Assembly: GCA_031835245.2 (NCBI GenBank)
Contig: JAVKOQ020000089.1
Location: 1-64,000 of the forward strand
Direction: 5' to 3'
From: Balamuthia mandrillaris
Lineage: Eukaryota
Length of the DNA: 64,000 bases
A program made the position numbers and the translations under genes. Positions 1 through 11,565 of the stretch are shown piece by piece. How positions within the stretch are numbered: the stretch's first letter is position 1; the number at the start of each line of letters is the position of its first letter. A model generated the notes under the pieces. The model did no database searches. It was not told the origin of the DNA and saw nothing but the letters and a program-made list of their open reading frames with translations.

Positions 1-315
1 TTGCTTTTAGTTTTTTTTCTTTCCCAGGGTATCTTTATTAATTACCTCGTGGCTGTCCGTGTAACAAGCTACGAGGTAAGACTGGAGTCTCGTGCTCGTG
101 CGCATGCTTTTCTTTATTGTAGTTCCGTGGTCGTCTGTGGACCGCGAAAGCAGCCGTTTTCTTCTTCTTGCGAGTTCCATGTTTGCTTTGCCTTCTTTCT
201 CGTTCCTGTGTGTAAGAGCAAGGGTAAGGGTTAACCTTCGTCTTCCATTACCGTCGACAACAGCAGCGGTCTGCAAAAAAAAAAAAACAAAAAGGAGAAC
301 GAGAGCAACGCCGAC

Positions 316-1995
316 ATGGAACAGGGGGAGAGTGACACCAGCAGAAAGCGGAAGAGACCATTCGAGGCTGAGGATGAGGAGGAGGACGGAGCTCGCCCTT
401 CCCAAGCACCCAATGAGGACCCGTGTTGGATTTACGAGCTCCCCGACGAACTGTTGTGCCTGGTCTTGGCCCTGCTTCCGAGGGACATGGTGGCCTTGGC
501 TGCTCGCGCCTGCAAACGGTTTTTCGCGCATTGTACTCCTCAGCTCCGACACAAACTGTTGGTACGCAGAGCGTGCTGCAGCGTTGCTTTGTTGCAGTGG
601 GCCCTGACCAACGGCTACGAGCTGGATGAGAGCACCTGCGCTGCTGCGGCTGGTCAAGGTCAGCTGGAAACGTTACGATGGGCCAGGGCGCACGGATGTC
701 CTTGGAACGAAGAGACTTGCAAACAAGCTGCCAAGAATGGGCATATGCAAGTGTTGAAATGGGCAAGAGCAAACGAATGTCCTTGGGACCTCGCCACTTG
801 TTCGCTAGCAGCAAAGAACGGCCATCTGGAAGTGCTGAAGTGGGCTCGAGAGCAAGACTGTCCTTGGTCTGCTCGTAATACATGCGACATGGCGGCAAGT
901 GGAGGACATTTGGAGGTGTTAAAATGGCTTGTAGAGCATCAGGACTGCACATTGGACCAGTTCACGAGCGAGTTCGCGGCAGAGAGCGGCAAGATAGAGG
1001 TGTTGAAGTGGCTGCAGGAGCAAAACGTGCTGCTGTTTGCCTCTACGTGTCAGGCTGCTGCCAACAACGGTCATTTGGAGGCGCTGAAGTGGCTGAAAGA
1101 GGAAGCCCACTGCCCTTGGGACGTCTTCACCTGCATCGAGGCAGCTAAAAACGGCCATCTGGAGTTGCTCCAATGGGCTCGCAAGAACGGGTGCCCTTGG
1201 GACGATCGGGTGTGCGCAGCCGCAGCCGAGCGGGGCGATCTAGAGATGCTTAAATGGGCCAGAGGGAACGGCTGCCCCTGGAACGCCACCACCATGTGCT
1301 CCATTGCTGCACGGCGTGGTTATGTGGAGTTGCTCCAATGGGCTCGAGAGAATGGGTGTCCTTGGGATGAGCAGGTTTGCAGTGATGCAGCAGCTTATGG
1401 ACAGTTGGAGGTGTTGCAATGGGCAAGGCAGCATGGATGCCCCTGGGACTCGAAAACCTGCAGCAAGGCAGCGTTTGCTGGTCACTTGGAAGTACTGCAG
1501 TGGGCTCACGAGAACGGATGCCCCTGGGATGAACTCACTTGCACCAACGCAGCAGCTAGTGGTAGCTTGCAGATGTTGCAGTGGGCGCGTGAGAATGGAT
1601 GCCCTTGGGACAGCGACACTAGTTGCTGGGCCGCTTTGTCCGGTCATTTGCATGTCCTAAAGTGGCTTCGCGCCAACGGATGCCCTTGGGACGAGAAGAC
1701 TTGTTGCTTTGCTGCTGCCAACGGCCACCTTGCAGTGCTAAAGTGGGCCAGAGCGAATGGCTGCCCCTGGAATGAGCAAACGTGCAGCAGAGCGGCAGCA
1801 CAAGGACATTTAAAGGTGTTGCAATGGGCTCGTGAGAATGGCTGCCCTTGGGACCAATCGACTTGCAGGGATGCAGCTCGGGGAGAAAACTTGGCGGTGC
1901 TGCAGTGGGCTCATGAGAATGGATGTCCTTGGGATCAACAGACGTGGCTGTGGGCTTGCCATCATGGGTACTACCCAGAGCCCACCGGAGAGTAG
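316..1995 (+). CDS. F-box plus ankyrin-like (GCPW-type) repeat protein, intronless, 559 aa
   Basis: N-terminal F-box-like IYELPDELLCLVLALLP...ARACKRF. It is followed by ~25-aa tandem repeats TCxxAAxxGHLEVL(K/Q)WARxNGCPWD (14 CPW motifs), a repeat type typical of amoebae, algae and giant viruses. Confidence 0.85.
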   Translation: MEQGESDTSRKRKRPFEAEDEEEDGARPSQAPNEDPCWIYELPDELLCLVLALLPRDMVALAARACKRFFAHCTPQLRHKLLVRRACCSVALLQWALTNGYELDESTCAAAAGQGQLETLRWARAHGCPWNEETCKQAAKNGHMQVLKWARANECPWDLATCSLAAKNGHLEVLKWAREQDCPWSARNTCDMAASGGHLEVLKWLVEHQDCTLDQFTSEFAAESGKIEVLKWLQEQNVLLFASTCQAAANNGHLEALKWLKEEAHCPWDVFTCIEAAKNGHLELLQWARKNGCPWDDRVCAAAAERGDLEMLKWARGNGCPWNATTMCSIAARRGYVELLQWARENGCPWDEQVCSDAAAYGQLEVLQWARQHGCPWDSKTCSKAAFAGHLEVLQWAHENGCPWDELTCTNAAASGSLQMLQWARENGCPWDSDTSCWAALSGHLHVLKWLRANGCPWDEKTCCFAAANGHLAVLKWARANGCPWNEQTCSRAAAQGHLKVLQWARENGCPWDQSTCRDAARGENLAVLQWAHENGCPWDQQTWLWACHHGYYPEPTGE

Positions 1996-2863
1996 CAACA
2001 AAGAAGGTTGTGGCTTGTTTCTATTGGGTTGTTTGTTTAAACAAAGATAACGAATCAATACTATTCCACACCTGAGCTGACCCAACAACTTTGTTCCGAT
2101 AAAGCTGAGGAGAATTTTCAGTTGTTGTTTACCAGCCAGATGAAAGCATCGCCCTATCTTCTTGCGAGGAGCGACGGTGGGTTATCGTGCTGGTACGGTG
2201 GGTTGGTGCCCGCCAACTCCGACGCAGAACGTTTTCTTCTGCTCTCCTCCATCTTTGCCTGCGGTGTGTTCCGTTGGCTTGCATAAAGGAACTCAACATA
2301 AAAGTCGACGCAAAAGGTGGAAGCCGCGGTCCTCTAGAAGGAGGAGAAAGGAGAGGAGCCCAGGACGATGTCGCCTGGACGGGGCGGGTTTGCGTTCGGT
2401 TGTGCATCGCAGCGGAGGAGCCGACGGCGTGCTTGCTTGCGCCCCCTGGCCCGCCCGTTCGTCGGCCCGGCTCGACGACGGTTGGGCACGCAGGACAGCA
2501 CCACCGGGGTCTGCTGCCGCACCTTGCCGGTGTTACAGAGCGTCAAGCTGTGCCAATGCGAGGGCCTCTTGTCGCTCCGCCATGGCGGCATGATCGCTGA
2601 GGCACCGTAGCTCATTTTTTTTTAACTGCTTGCCAAGAAAGAGAGCTGGTTCGTGCAGAGGCAAGCGAGCACCATGGAACGGTAACGTTACCTTCGCTGA
2701 AGATAAACATATAAAATAATCGAGTAGAATGCGGATAATAATCGCTGGTTTGGAAAAATTGTCGATGAATATCTGAAAAATTCTCAACTTTTCCCGAAAA
2801 AATTAAAAAAAGGGAAGCGTTGTCGACAAATAACAGGAAGACAAGAAAAAAAGTAGCAAACGA

Positions 2864-3338
2864 ATGGCGGAACGAAAGGCTACCAACAAGTACTATCCTC
2901 CTGACTATGACCCACGCAAGGTTTGTTTGAGCGCTTCTCCTCCTCCTGTTCTTCTTCTTTCTTCTCCTTTTACTCTTTCTCTTTTTTGTGTAATCCAAAA
3001 TCTTTTCTTCAATCTCTCATCTCCTCTGAATCTGAATGTGTGTGCATCGGTGTAGGGCTCGCTCAACGCGTTTGTGGGGAGTCACCCGCTGCGGGAACGA
3101 GCGCGAAAGCTCGACCAGGGCATCCTCATCGTTCGCTTCGAGATGCCCTTCAACGTCTGGTGCGCGGGCTGCAACAACCACATTGGCCGAGGCGTGCGCT
3201 ACAATGCGGAGAAGAAGCAGGCCGGGAGCTATTTCTCCACCAAGATTTGGAACTTTCGGATGAAGTGCCACCTCTGCGATAACTACATTGAAGTGAACAC
3301 GGACCCTAAGGTTGGTGTTTTTATTCTCTCATCTTGGA

Positions 3339-3376
<38 letters not shown>

Positions 3377-4184
3377 TGTTCTTCTTTGTTCTGCATTTTC
3401 TCCTTTTTCTTCTCTCTTCCTCTATTTCTTCCCTCTTCTCCTCTTCGCTTCGTCGTCCTCTTCTCATGCGAAATGAATCTTGTGCAGAATTCGGACTATG
3501 TGATAGTGGCGGGGGCGTCAAGGAAAGTGGAGACATGGGAGGCAGACGAAGAGGAGACAGGAACCATCCGGCTGGCTGACGAGGAGGAAGCCAAACGCTT
3601 GGCTGAGGACCCGTTTTACCGACTGGAGCACGCCTCCGAAGATCAGCGCAAAGCCAAAGCCACCGCTCCAATCCTGGAAAGGCTTCAAGATCTTCGCAGC
3701 GGCTATGAAGATGATTACGACAACAATCAACGTTTACGAAGCTCTTTTAGGGTATCTTTTCTTTCCTCTTTCTTTTTCCTTTATTGCTTTATTCACCTTC
3801 TTCCATTCTCTTATCTTACTTTTTCTCCAACAGAAACGCAAGAAAGAGATTGTAAGTTTAGAGAAAGAGGCTGAGAGCAAAGGCTTAGCCATTACTCTAT
3901 TACCCCAAAGCCAAGAAGACAAGCAACAAGCCTCTCGCATCGTGTTTCGTGGTGGGCGTGGATCAGAGGAAGAACTTAGGCGCAGACGTCTTCAAGTCAG
4001 CACATCTTCCATCTTTTCTCACACCAAGAACAACAAAAAGCAACCGCTTATCGATCAACAAGTGGCCAAACGACGACGTCTGGCTCACTTGCAAACTTCT
4101 GCCTTATCCTCTTCGTCTTCTTCAAAAAAGGCATCTTCTTCCACTCTTCTTCGGCCTATTATTACTAGCAGCAAACCAAAGTGA
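2864..4184 (+). CDS. CCDC130: CCDC130/YJU2B (Cwc16 family) splicing factor, 4 exons (2864-2920, 3056-3310, 3488-3751, 3834-4184)
   Basis: MAERKATNKYYPPDYDP, SHPLRERARKLDQGILIVRFEMPFNVWCAGCNNHIGRGVRYNAEKK and FRMKCHLC match the family signature. GT-AG introns join the exons in frame. Confidence 0.92.
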
Positions 4185-4308
4185 ACAAAACAAACAAACC
4201 ACGACTCTATTTCTTCATCTGTAAACAATTATGAACAACTCTTCCTCGTCTTCTAGCTTTTGCTTTCTTCAAAAAAGAGAATCTTCTTTCCTCTTCTTCT
4301 TCGAACTT

Positions 4309-5874
4309 TTACGCCATATTCAAAAATGCTTTCATAAGGTCAGTTATAGCAACAACGCCGATGGGTTTGCCCTCCTCATCGACGCTGTACAAGCGATGGA
4401 CGCGAGTGGCGGCCAACTTGAAGATGGCGTCCTCCAACGAGGCATCGGGCTTCACGGTCAAAGGATGCAGAGACCTCTCGCACTGAAAGTTTTCTTCTGG
4501 AGCCGCTCGTTTCTCCAGAAACTGTTTTACTGGTAACAACAAGTCTGCTAAATTCTTTTTCGTAAGCCCCTTTTGTTTGTGTTTTTGATTATGAGTTGAA
4601 GCTAACAGGAGAGACGAAGGAGAGGAAAAGACACCTTGAGATCCGTTCCAGAGAAGTTTGCCACTAATTTGCCTTCTGCATCAACAACAGGAACAGCACT
4701 GATCCTCTTCGAATTAAGCTGCATCAACACATGCCTGTTTTGTTGCAACGAGCAGCGTCAAATGGGGCGCTTAACAATGGAGAAAAGATGGCCATAAAAC
4801 AACGTACGAGACTTTGTCGTCGGCAGAAACGGAGATGACTTCCTGGGAACGCCCGAGGCCATAGCTATCCAACGACTTTTTGGCGGCATCTCCGATTAAG
4901 TGAATGTTCTGCACGTTTGCTGCAATGTCAGAAGAGGAAGAGGAGAAGAACAAGAAAGAGAAAACAGAAAAGCGAAAGAACGAAACCTGAGCGAGGAAGC
5001 GGAGCATATCGGATTGGGTGACGATGTTGATGATGTTATGGTGCGTGTTCACGACAGGAACTGTTATTGAAAAAGTTTTGTTGGCTCGAGACTGACAAAC
5101 CAGAAGTGAAGAAAGAAGAATCGAACCTCTATGCATGCCCAACCAAAAGTACTCCACGAGTTTGTCAAGGGAGGTCTCTCTTTTGACAGGGTGGGAGCCA
5201 GTGGCAAACACTCTGTATTGCTTGGACACCTCTGCAAACAACGACGTATCAAACGTTCGAGCGTGAGAACGAAGCAAGACAGAGAGAGACAGAGAAACCA
5301 GGCAAGAGAGGAGAGAGAGAGAGAGAGAGAAACAAACCCAAAACTTCGCTGATGGGCGACTCGGCAAAGTGCTTGCCAGCCCACTCAAGGGTGAGCAAAT
5401 TTTTGGGAGTGAGGCTCTCCACGTCAGGGAACAGCCCCAACAAGAACGTGATAACGTCCAACATGTCCACCTGATAATGAGCATTGTTCAGCGCGGTGTT
5501 GTTGTTGCATGCTGAGAAGAAACAAAACAGAAAAAGAGGAAGAGGACGCACGAAGCCAAGAAAAGAGGACTTGGCGAGGTCAACAACTGGAGCTGAGCTT
5601 ATATTTTTATCTTCCAGCACCGCTGTTGTTGTTTTTTTAACGTGTGTAAGTGGTAGGGGAGGGGGGTTGGGTGGGTCGAAAATACAAAGGAGGGATGAGC
5701 AAACGAACCGAGAGCATCTTCGACGCTGATGGAGTGTTCCAGGAAGACCACTTTTCTTTCAGGCATTACGTCGATCACCATAAGGTCACGCAGCCTCTTG
5801 GCCGCGGCGTTCGTCTGACTCGCCTGATTGCCCCCATCGGTGGTGGTGGCGGTCTTGTCTTTTGCGTTCTCCAT
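4309..5874 (-). CDS. Multi-CBS-domain protein (AMPK-gamma/SDS23-like), multi-exon
   Basis: CBS motifs ISSAPVVD..FLGFVDMLD, VPVVN...INIVTQSDML and VHRLYSVDEEGKPIGVVAITDLM are spread across minus-strand exons. Confidence 0.8.
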
Positions 5875-6456
5875 TCTTTCGTAGGCGCTGTGTGCGCTGT
5901 GTGTCACTAACGTACTCTCCTCGGCTTGATCACACAAAAGAAAAATTTGATTGGGTTTTTCGTCGACAGAACATAGTTTTTCGTTCGGTTTGCCATAAAA
6001 ATTCATTCGATTCTCTTCCCAATTTCTTCGATCTTTCCTAAAACAAGATCGAAAATTCGATCATGAAGCTGAAATTTCTATCTATTTCCTGATTAATAAT
6101 GGACAGGCATTACCAAGTTCATACGGTGTGATGTTTTATGAGTCCACTCACGACATCGACCAACTGCATTGAATTGATTGTTGCATGAAACAGGAGAAAA
6201 CTCTGGTGGTTTCCATAGGTTAAAATGTCAATGCATTAATAGTTACTCAGAGGGAGTGGGGATGATCTAGAATGAGCATCAATATTTTCCAGATGCGATG
6301 CTTCTTCCGGGATTCAAACCCATGAACTTTCGTAAGCTTCATTCAATGTCATTCGTTCCATATGACATCTACAATGAAGCCTGTTATCATATAATCTTTT
6401 GTTGACCCATTCATATTCTTTCGTTCCGGCAACAAACAACACAAACAACAGCCAGG

Positions 6457-7278
6457 ATGGCGACAACGTCAAGTAGCATCACACAGCTGCTAGTCAGCGC
6501 AAGCATGGCGTTCTTTCTCTCCACGATTCTCTACTCAACTGGTGGGGAGGGCTCCAACTTCGGCTGTCCGTGCTTCTCCACTTTCCTCAAAAGTATTAAC
6601 CCCGATGGAACAGTCGGCCACCTGTTTGTGCGCAACGACAAGGACTTCCTCTACATCACCTTCCGCGCTGTCGACTTTTGGAAGCTCGCTAAGATCAACC
6701 TTCACGTTGGGAGGCAACTCTCAGATATACCAACAATGCGTTACGGTAGCGGAAACGTTTATGAAGGTGGAAACGCTCAGGATGGAGGCTACGACGGTGG
6801 GAACGTTAAATATGGCAGGGACGTCTACGATGGAGGAGCTGACAACATCTACTACAGAGGTCGTCGCAGTGGGGGTTTCCACACCCCTGACTTGAGTAGT
6901 TTTGACCACAAGGCAGAGTTGGACAATGTCAGGACCTACACCGCCAAGATCAAGTTGGACAAGCTCAACGTGTACTGCGACCAATCGCTAGTCATCGCCG
7001 CTCATGCAGCGGTGGTAAGAACCAAGGGTGGTTATGTCGTCCAGTCGGAGGATGTATGGGGGGCCGGTCCTAAGTTCCGCTACGGGAGCGACGCTTCTTA
7101 TCTCACTTACTTCCTATGCTGCCCACCTGGCCTCTATGACGAAGGCGGTGATGTCTACGATGATGGGAGATACGATGGCGGTGAGGTAAACGATGGCGGA
7201 TATGACGGCGATGACTTCTTTGACGTGAGGTATGATGGCGGAAACACCTACGTTCAAAGAGGGGACATCCATTACTGA
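6457..7278 (+). CDS. Intronless, probably secreted protein with a bacterial-like beta domain and Gly/Tyr/Asp (YDGG) repeats, 273 aa
   Basis: Hydrophobic N-terminus. Core motifs VGHLFVRNDKDFLYITF, INLHVG, LVIAAHAAV and EDVWGAG. Two YDGG-rich low-complexity blocks. Confidence 0.65.
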   Translation: MATTSSSITQLLVSASMAFFLSTILYSTGGEGSNFGCPCFSTFLKSINPDGTVGHLFVRNDKDFLYITFRAVDFWKLAKINLHVGRQLSDIPTMRYGSGNVYEGGNAQDGGYDGGNVKYGRDVYDGGADNIYYRGRRSGGFHTPDLSSFDHKAELDNVRTYTAKIKLDKLNVYCDQSLVIAAHAAVVRTKGGYVVQSEDVWGAGPKFRYGSDASYLTYFLCCPPGLYDEGGDVYDDGRYDGGEVNDGGYDGDDFFDVRYDGGNTYVQRGDIHY

Positions 7279-7518
7279 AGCAAGCTCATTCTTTCTGTCG
7301 GTCTAGTCTCTCTGCTGTTTAAAACCCTAACGGACACTTTTGCTGTCTTTTTATTTTAATACAATATCTTTCGAAAAAATACCGATTTTAGGTTAATTTG
7401 TCGACATTTTGACGATAATCGTCAACAATTTTGTGAAATTTTTGACGGTTGAGGAATGAATTAATGAACCAAAAAAAAAACTCCAAACAAAATAAGAGAA
7501 AAAGAAGAAGAAAAAAAG

Positions 7519-8154
7519 ATGAGCTACGATATCGACCCGGTGGAGAACCCCTTTGACGAGGGGCAAGGCGGCAGCAGCGGTTATGTCCCTCCCTCTCTTC
7601 CTCCACGAGGCCGTGGCTACGAGGTAATGATCATTTTTTCTGTCGTTCTCTAGAATTTTTTTTATTTACTGATTTGATTGGATTTTTTCAATCTTAAACG
7701 TACTGCATGGCAGCCTTCAATGTCTGTGGAAGAGCTTTATCGCCGCGAACAAGAGCTGCTGAGGAGGGAAAAAGAGCTGGAAGAGAGGATCGCCGACTTG
7801 GAGAGCGGCGTCTCCAGCAAACGCGGCCGAAAGGCCAATTGGCCGCCTTGCCAACCCGTTATCTACCACAGTTTTGTTTCTCTCTTTCCCCTCTTTTTCT
7901 TTTCTTTGGTTTTTGTTGTTTAAAAATATAATCTTTCTTTTTTTTTTCTCTCAGACATTGCGGAAGACATACCTGCGTTACACGCAGCGAGAATAGTGCG
8001 TACGGCGTACTTTGTTTGGTATTGTATGTGGACACCCTGTTCTACCCTCTGCTCTTACTTCTCTCTCCCGCTCTCTTCTGCAATTTTTCGTTCTCTCCCT
8101 CTTTCTTGTTCGCTCGCTTTCACGTCCTCTCGTTCTCTGGTTTCTCTTTGTTGT

Positions 8155-8185
<31 letters not shown>

Positions 8186-8678
8186 TGCACAACACTCTCT
8201 CTTTCCTCTCTCTGTCTCTTTGTCGTTTTCCTCTTCTCGTTCGCTTCTCTCGTCGTTCTTGTGCTCTTATGTGGATACTGACGACCTATGAATCCAAAAG
8301 CTATCTTTATAGTTTTGGTGTGGAACTTGGTAGCCTTGGGCGCTGTTGTCCATGAAGACGGCGATCGCTTCTCCGATGTAATTCAAAGCATTGTGTATCT
8401 TCTTGCCCTTCCTCCGCTTCTCTTTGCAAACTATCGTTTTCTCTACCAAGGCGCTAGGTTCGTTTACCCTCATACAGTTTCGCTTGTTTTGTGTATTCTT
8501 CCTTCTTCTCCTCTCTCATCTTCTTCCGATTCTCTTCTTTTGTTGCTTTACAGGAAGTCACGTAAAGCCATGTACTTTATATATTGGGTGTTTCAGTGGT
8601 TCTTCATGCTTGCCTTTGCATTCTTCGCCGTCGGCATGAAAGGATCCGGTGCTGCGTACGTTACTCAGTCTTTCTGCT

Positions 8679-8724
<46 letters not shown>

Positions 8725-9012
8725 GCGAGAGAGAGAAAGTTGATGGAATGAGAGAAGAACACGAAAAGCGAGAGATCCAAAGAGACGCGACACTCATGTT
8801 TGTTGTCCTTGTGTAGTGGTGTATGGACAGCCAGAGACATGTTCGAGGAGGAGGACTCCAACGTGGCAGGTGCCTTTGCCATCATCCAAACGATCTTCTG
8901 GGTGGCCACCATCGTGGCCTACTTTATCATCTTTGTGCTCACCTTCAAGATCTGGAACGACAAGGCAGGGCTTCGCCCCTCCAAAGCAGAAGCAAGAGGC
9001 GAAAGCGGCTGA
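7519..9012 (+). CDS. SCAMP: Secretory carrier membrane protein (SCAMP family), multi-exon
   Basis: N-terminal NPF motif (MSYDIDPVENPFDE), coiled coil REQELLRREKELEER, NWPPCQPVIYH.IAEDIP, then four hydrophobic TM segments. Confidence 0.85.
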
Positions 9013-9250
9013 ATTGGAGGACAAACTCGCAGTTAAACAAAAGCACAAAAAAAATTTGTTGTTGAGACACTTTTTTCTTTTTGGAGAGGCAGGTGTGGTG
9101 ACTCGAAAAAAAAAAAGAGGAGCGTGCAATGGCCAACAGCAGCACTGACCCAAAGGTCTTCCTCGTAATCGTTGTGTGAGGCGTGTCCTTTCAACCGAGC
9201 TGCCTTCTTAAAAGAAAGAGCATCGATCAAAGGGCACACCACAAAGCACG

Positions 9251-9283
9251 CGAGGAGGACATTTGGCAGTGCTGCAGTGGGCG
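9251..9283 (+). pseudogene. Relic fragment of a GCPW-type ankyrin repeat gene
   Basis: Translates as RGGHLAVLQWA and is near-identical at DNA level to repeat segments of 316-1995 (ggaggacatttgg, gtgctgcagtgggc). A stop follows shortly after. Confidence 0.5.
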
Positions 9284-9541
9284 TTCTCTTGCATAAGCTA
9301 GGCAAGCCAAGCCACCCTGCGGCAGTTCGCTGGGTCGTGTTGTTGTGTTACGAGTTGGTAACCGAAATTATTATTATTTCTCTTCTTTTACAAATTGCTT
9401 TTATAATATTTAATATTAAATTTTCCTTTCATGATTTTAAAACTCCGAAAACCAATCGGAATACCTCCGAAAACAAAAAGGAGCATAAAATGTGAAAAAT
9501 TTTAGTTATGAAAACGTCGACACATTGTCTACAAAAAAGAA

Positions 9542-10177
9542 ATGGAGAGACAAAGAGAGAGACGACGAGCCAAGGAGACGCTCCTGGACTGGAGGCCCTC
9601 GGAGATACTTCCCGGCGCGCTTTATTTGGGCTCCAACGATGCGGCCAAAGACAGGGACATGCTGCGCAGCTTGGCGGTCACTCACATCCTCACCGTCGCC
9701 CGCGGGTTGCATCCACGCTTTCGCGAGGTACACATCTCTTTTTTATTTCCTCTCCTTCTTCTTGTTCATCTACTTTCTGCTTCTTCTTTTTTCTTTTCTT
9801 CTTTCTTCTTCTTCTTCTTCTTTCTTCTTCTTCTTCTTTCTTCTAATCTACTGCATTATTCGTCTTTTGGAGGAACTAGTGTACTTGTTGTTGGAGGTGG
9901 ATGATTGGTTAGGAGAGGACCTTCTGTCGTACATGGACGAGGCGACCTCCTTCATTCATGATGCCATCTCGCAGGGAGGCGTTGTGCTTGTTCACTGGTG
10001 CGTCCCTAAAATCTGTTTGTGCTCTCAGCTGTAAGACGAAGACTTTTGACTTTATGCTCATTTTGCAAATGAAATCGCCTTTGCAGTGCTGCTGGAGTGT
10101 CCCGCTCGGCCACGATGGTCTCTCGTTCTGCCTTGCTTTTCTCTTCTGTGTATATTTTGTTCTCCGTCTTTGCTGTT

Positions 10178-10214
<37 letters not shown>

Positions 10215-11194
10215 CCTTCTCCATATCCTCTCTTCACTCTTCACTCTTCTTACATGGATTAGATCAACAGGTGATTGCCTACTTGATGCGTTTTCAAGGG
10301 ATGACATACGACGAGGCAAGGAACCACACGCGCAACGCCAGGCCTTGCATTGAACCTCGCTGTAATTTCATGAGACAACTTCGTCTTTATGAGAGCCTGG
10401 GTTGTTGCCTGAACTACTATGAATATTATCTTTGGCAATTGGAATGTTTTGCCAAGGAATCCTTACGTATGGTTCTCCTCTTCTTTTATTATTGTTTCTT
10501 TCCTGTTAACGTATTGCGTAAAGCACGAACTATGTCTATTGCTCTTCAAGGGCTCTCGCCAAGGCTTTATCTGCGGGAAGAGTTGGTGGAACGATTGGAA
10601 ATGCCCAAGGAAGAACGAAAAGAGTTTTGGGCGGAAATGTTTTGCTGTAAAGAATGCGACGCGGACCTCTTCACTCGCCTCAACCTCCTAAAAATGTCTC
10701 ATGAAAGGACAACTAACGAAACTCAAATTTGGTGCAATGCAGTGCAGCTGCTATCAATTCACGACGACGACAGCGGTAACGAAGTGGGAGTGAAGAATTC
10801 AAAGGAAGAACCCAGCGAAACCAGAACGGATGGAGCAGAGGAAGACAGCTTACAAACGATAGATAAGGCCGATAATCCTCAACAAAAGACAAGCGAGAAA
10901 GAAGAAGAGAAAGTGGAGGAGATATCAGGAGAAGGATTTTTGTTTGTGGAAGTGATGGACTGGATGCATAACGTACACGAGCAAAGTGGATCCATCACAT
11001 GTGCTTCTTGCGGCTCTGTTTTGGGCGATTATGACTGGGAAGGCAAGTCTGTATTCTTCCTTCCATCTTCCTCTTCACGTTCTTCATCGACAGAGCGCAT
11101 GTGTACAGTAAAACGGTTATTCAAGCCCATGTTTCGCATCTCTCTGTCTCAAGTGCTGCTCCGGCACTGGCCTTCCCACCACAACACCCCTTAA
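9542..11194 (+). CDS. Dual-specificity phosphatase, YVH1/DUSP12-like, with C-terminal Cys-rich region
   Basis: EILPGALYLGS and VTHILTV. The catalytic VHCAAGVSRSAT is rebuilt across an intron, followed by IAYLM. C-terminal CKEC...VEVMDWM...CASCGSVLGDYDWEG. Confidence 0.85.
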
Positions 11195-11344
11195 GTAAAC
11201 AATGCAGCCTCTCTCTCATTTATAACTTTCATCATTTCTCGTTCTTTGCCATTTCATGTTTCTTGTTTCTCTTGCCTTTCTCTTTCTTACGAATGCAACA
11301 AGTTGGTGGTACCGCTCATTACCGTTCACACAAAAAAAGCAAAC

Positions 11345-11393
11345 CTCCTCTGGTTGGGTTCGAACCAACAACCGCCGTTTCTCCTACAGAGGG
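11345..11393 (-). ncRNA. tRNA-like minihelix (acceptor stem + T-arm only); tRNA remnant or 3' end of a Pol III RNA
   Basis: Minus strand reads CCCTCTG-17 nt-GTTGG TTCGAAC CCAAC-CAGAGGA-G: perfect T-arm/B-box and 6-bp acceptor-like stem, with a T7 run 6 nt downstream. No D or anticodon arm. Confidence 0.45.
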
Positions 11394-11565
11394 TGTGCTG
11401 AAGTTAAGCTCCTTTGATGGGTCCAGAGGTGTGCTTCTATGGACCACAAATTGACCACCAAATGACCACGTCCCTGAGTAATTTTTTTCTTTGGGATCGT
11501 TTTACCCAAGAGGAGGCGCTGCGCCGGTTTAATGGTGATTGAACGTCCCAGGGTGCAGACAAACG

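Noticed and set aside
680..1960. Regularly spaced tg(c/t)cc(c/t)tgg repeats suggesting a CRISPR-like array
   Set aside because: They are in-frame codons for the CPW protein repeat with synonymous variation; eukaryotic context and no cas genes.
2162..2610. GC-rich overlapping ORFs with LRR-like snippets (LPVLQSVKLCQCEGLLSL)
   Set aside because: No consistent frame or recognisable full domain; at most a decayed fragment.
6301..6335. Degenerate B-box/T-arm-like sequence on the minus strand (GGGTTTGAATCCC)
   Set aside because: The T-loop deviates from TTCG and no acceptor, D or anticodon arms can be folded.
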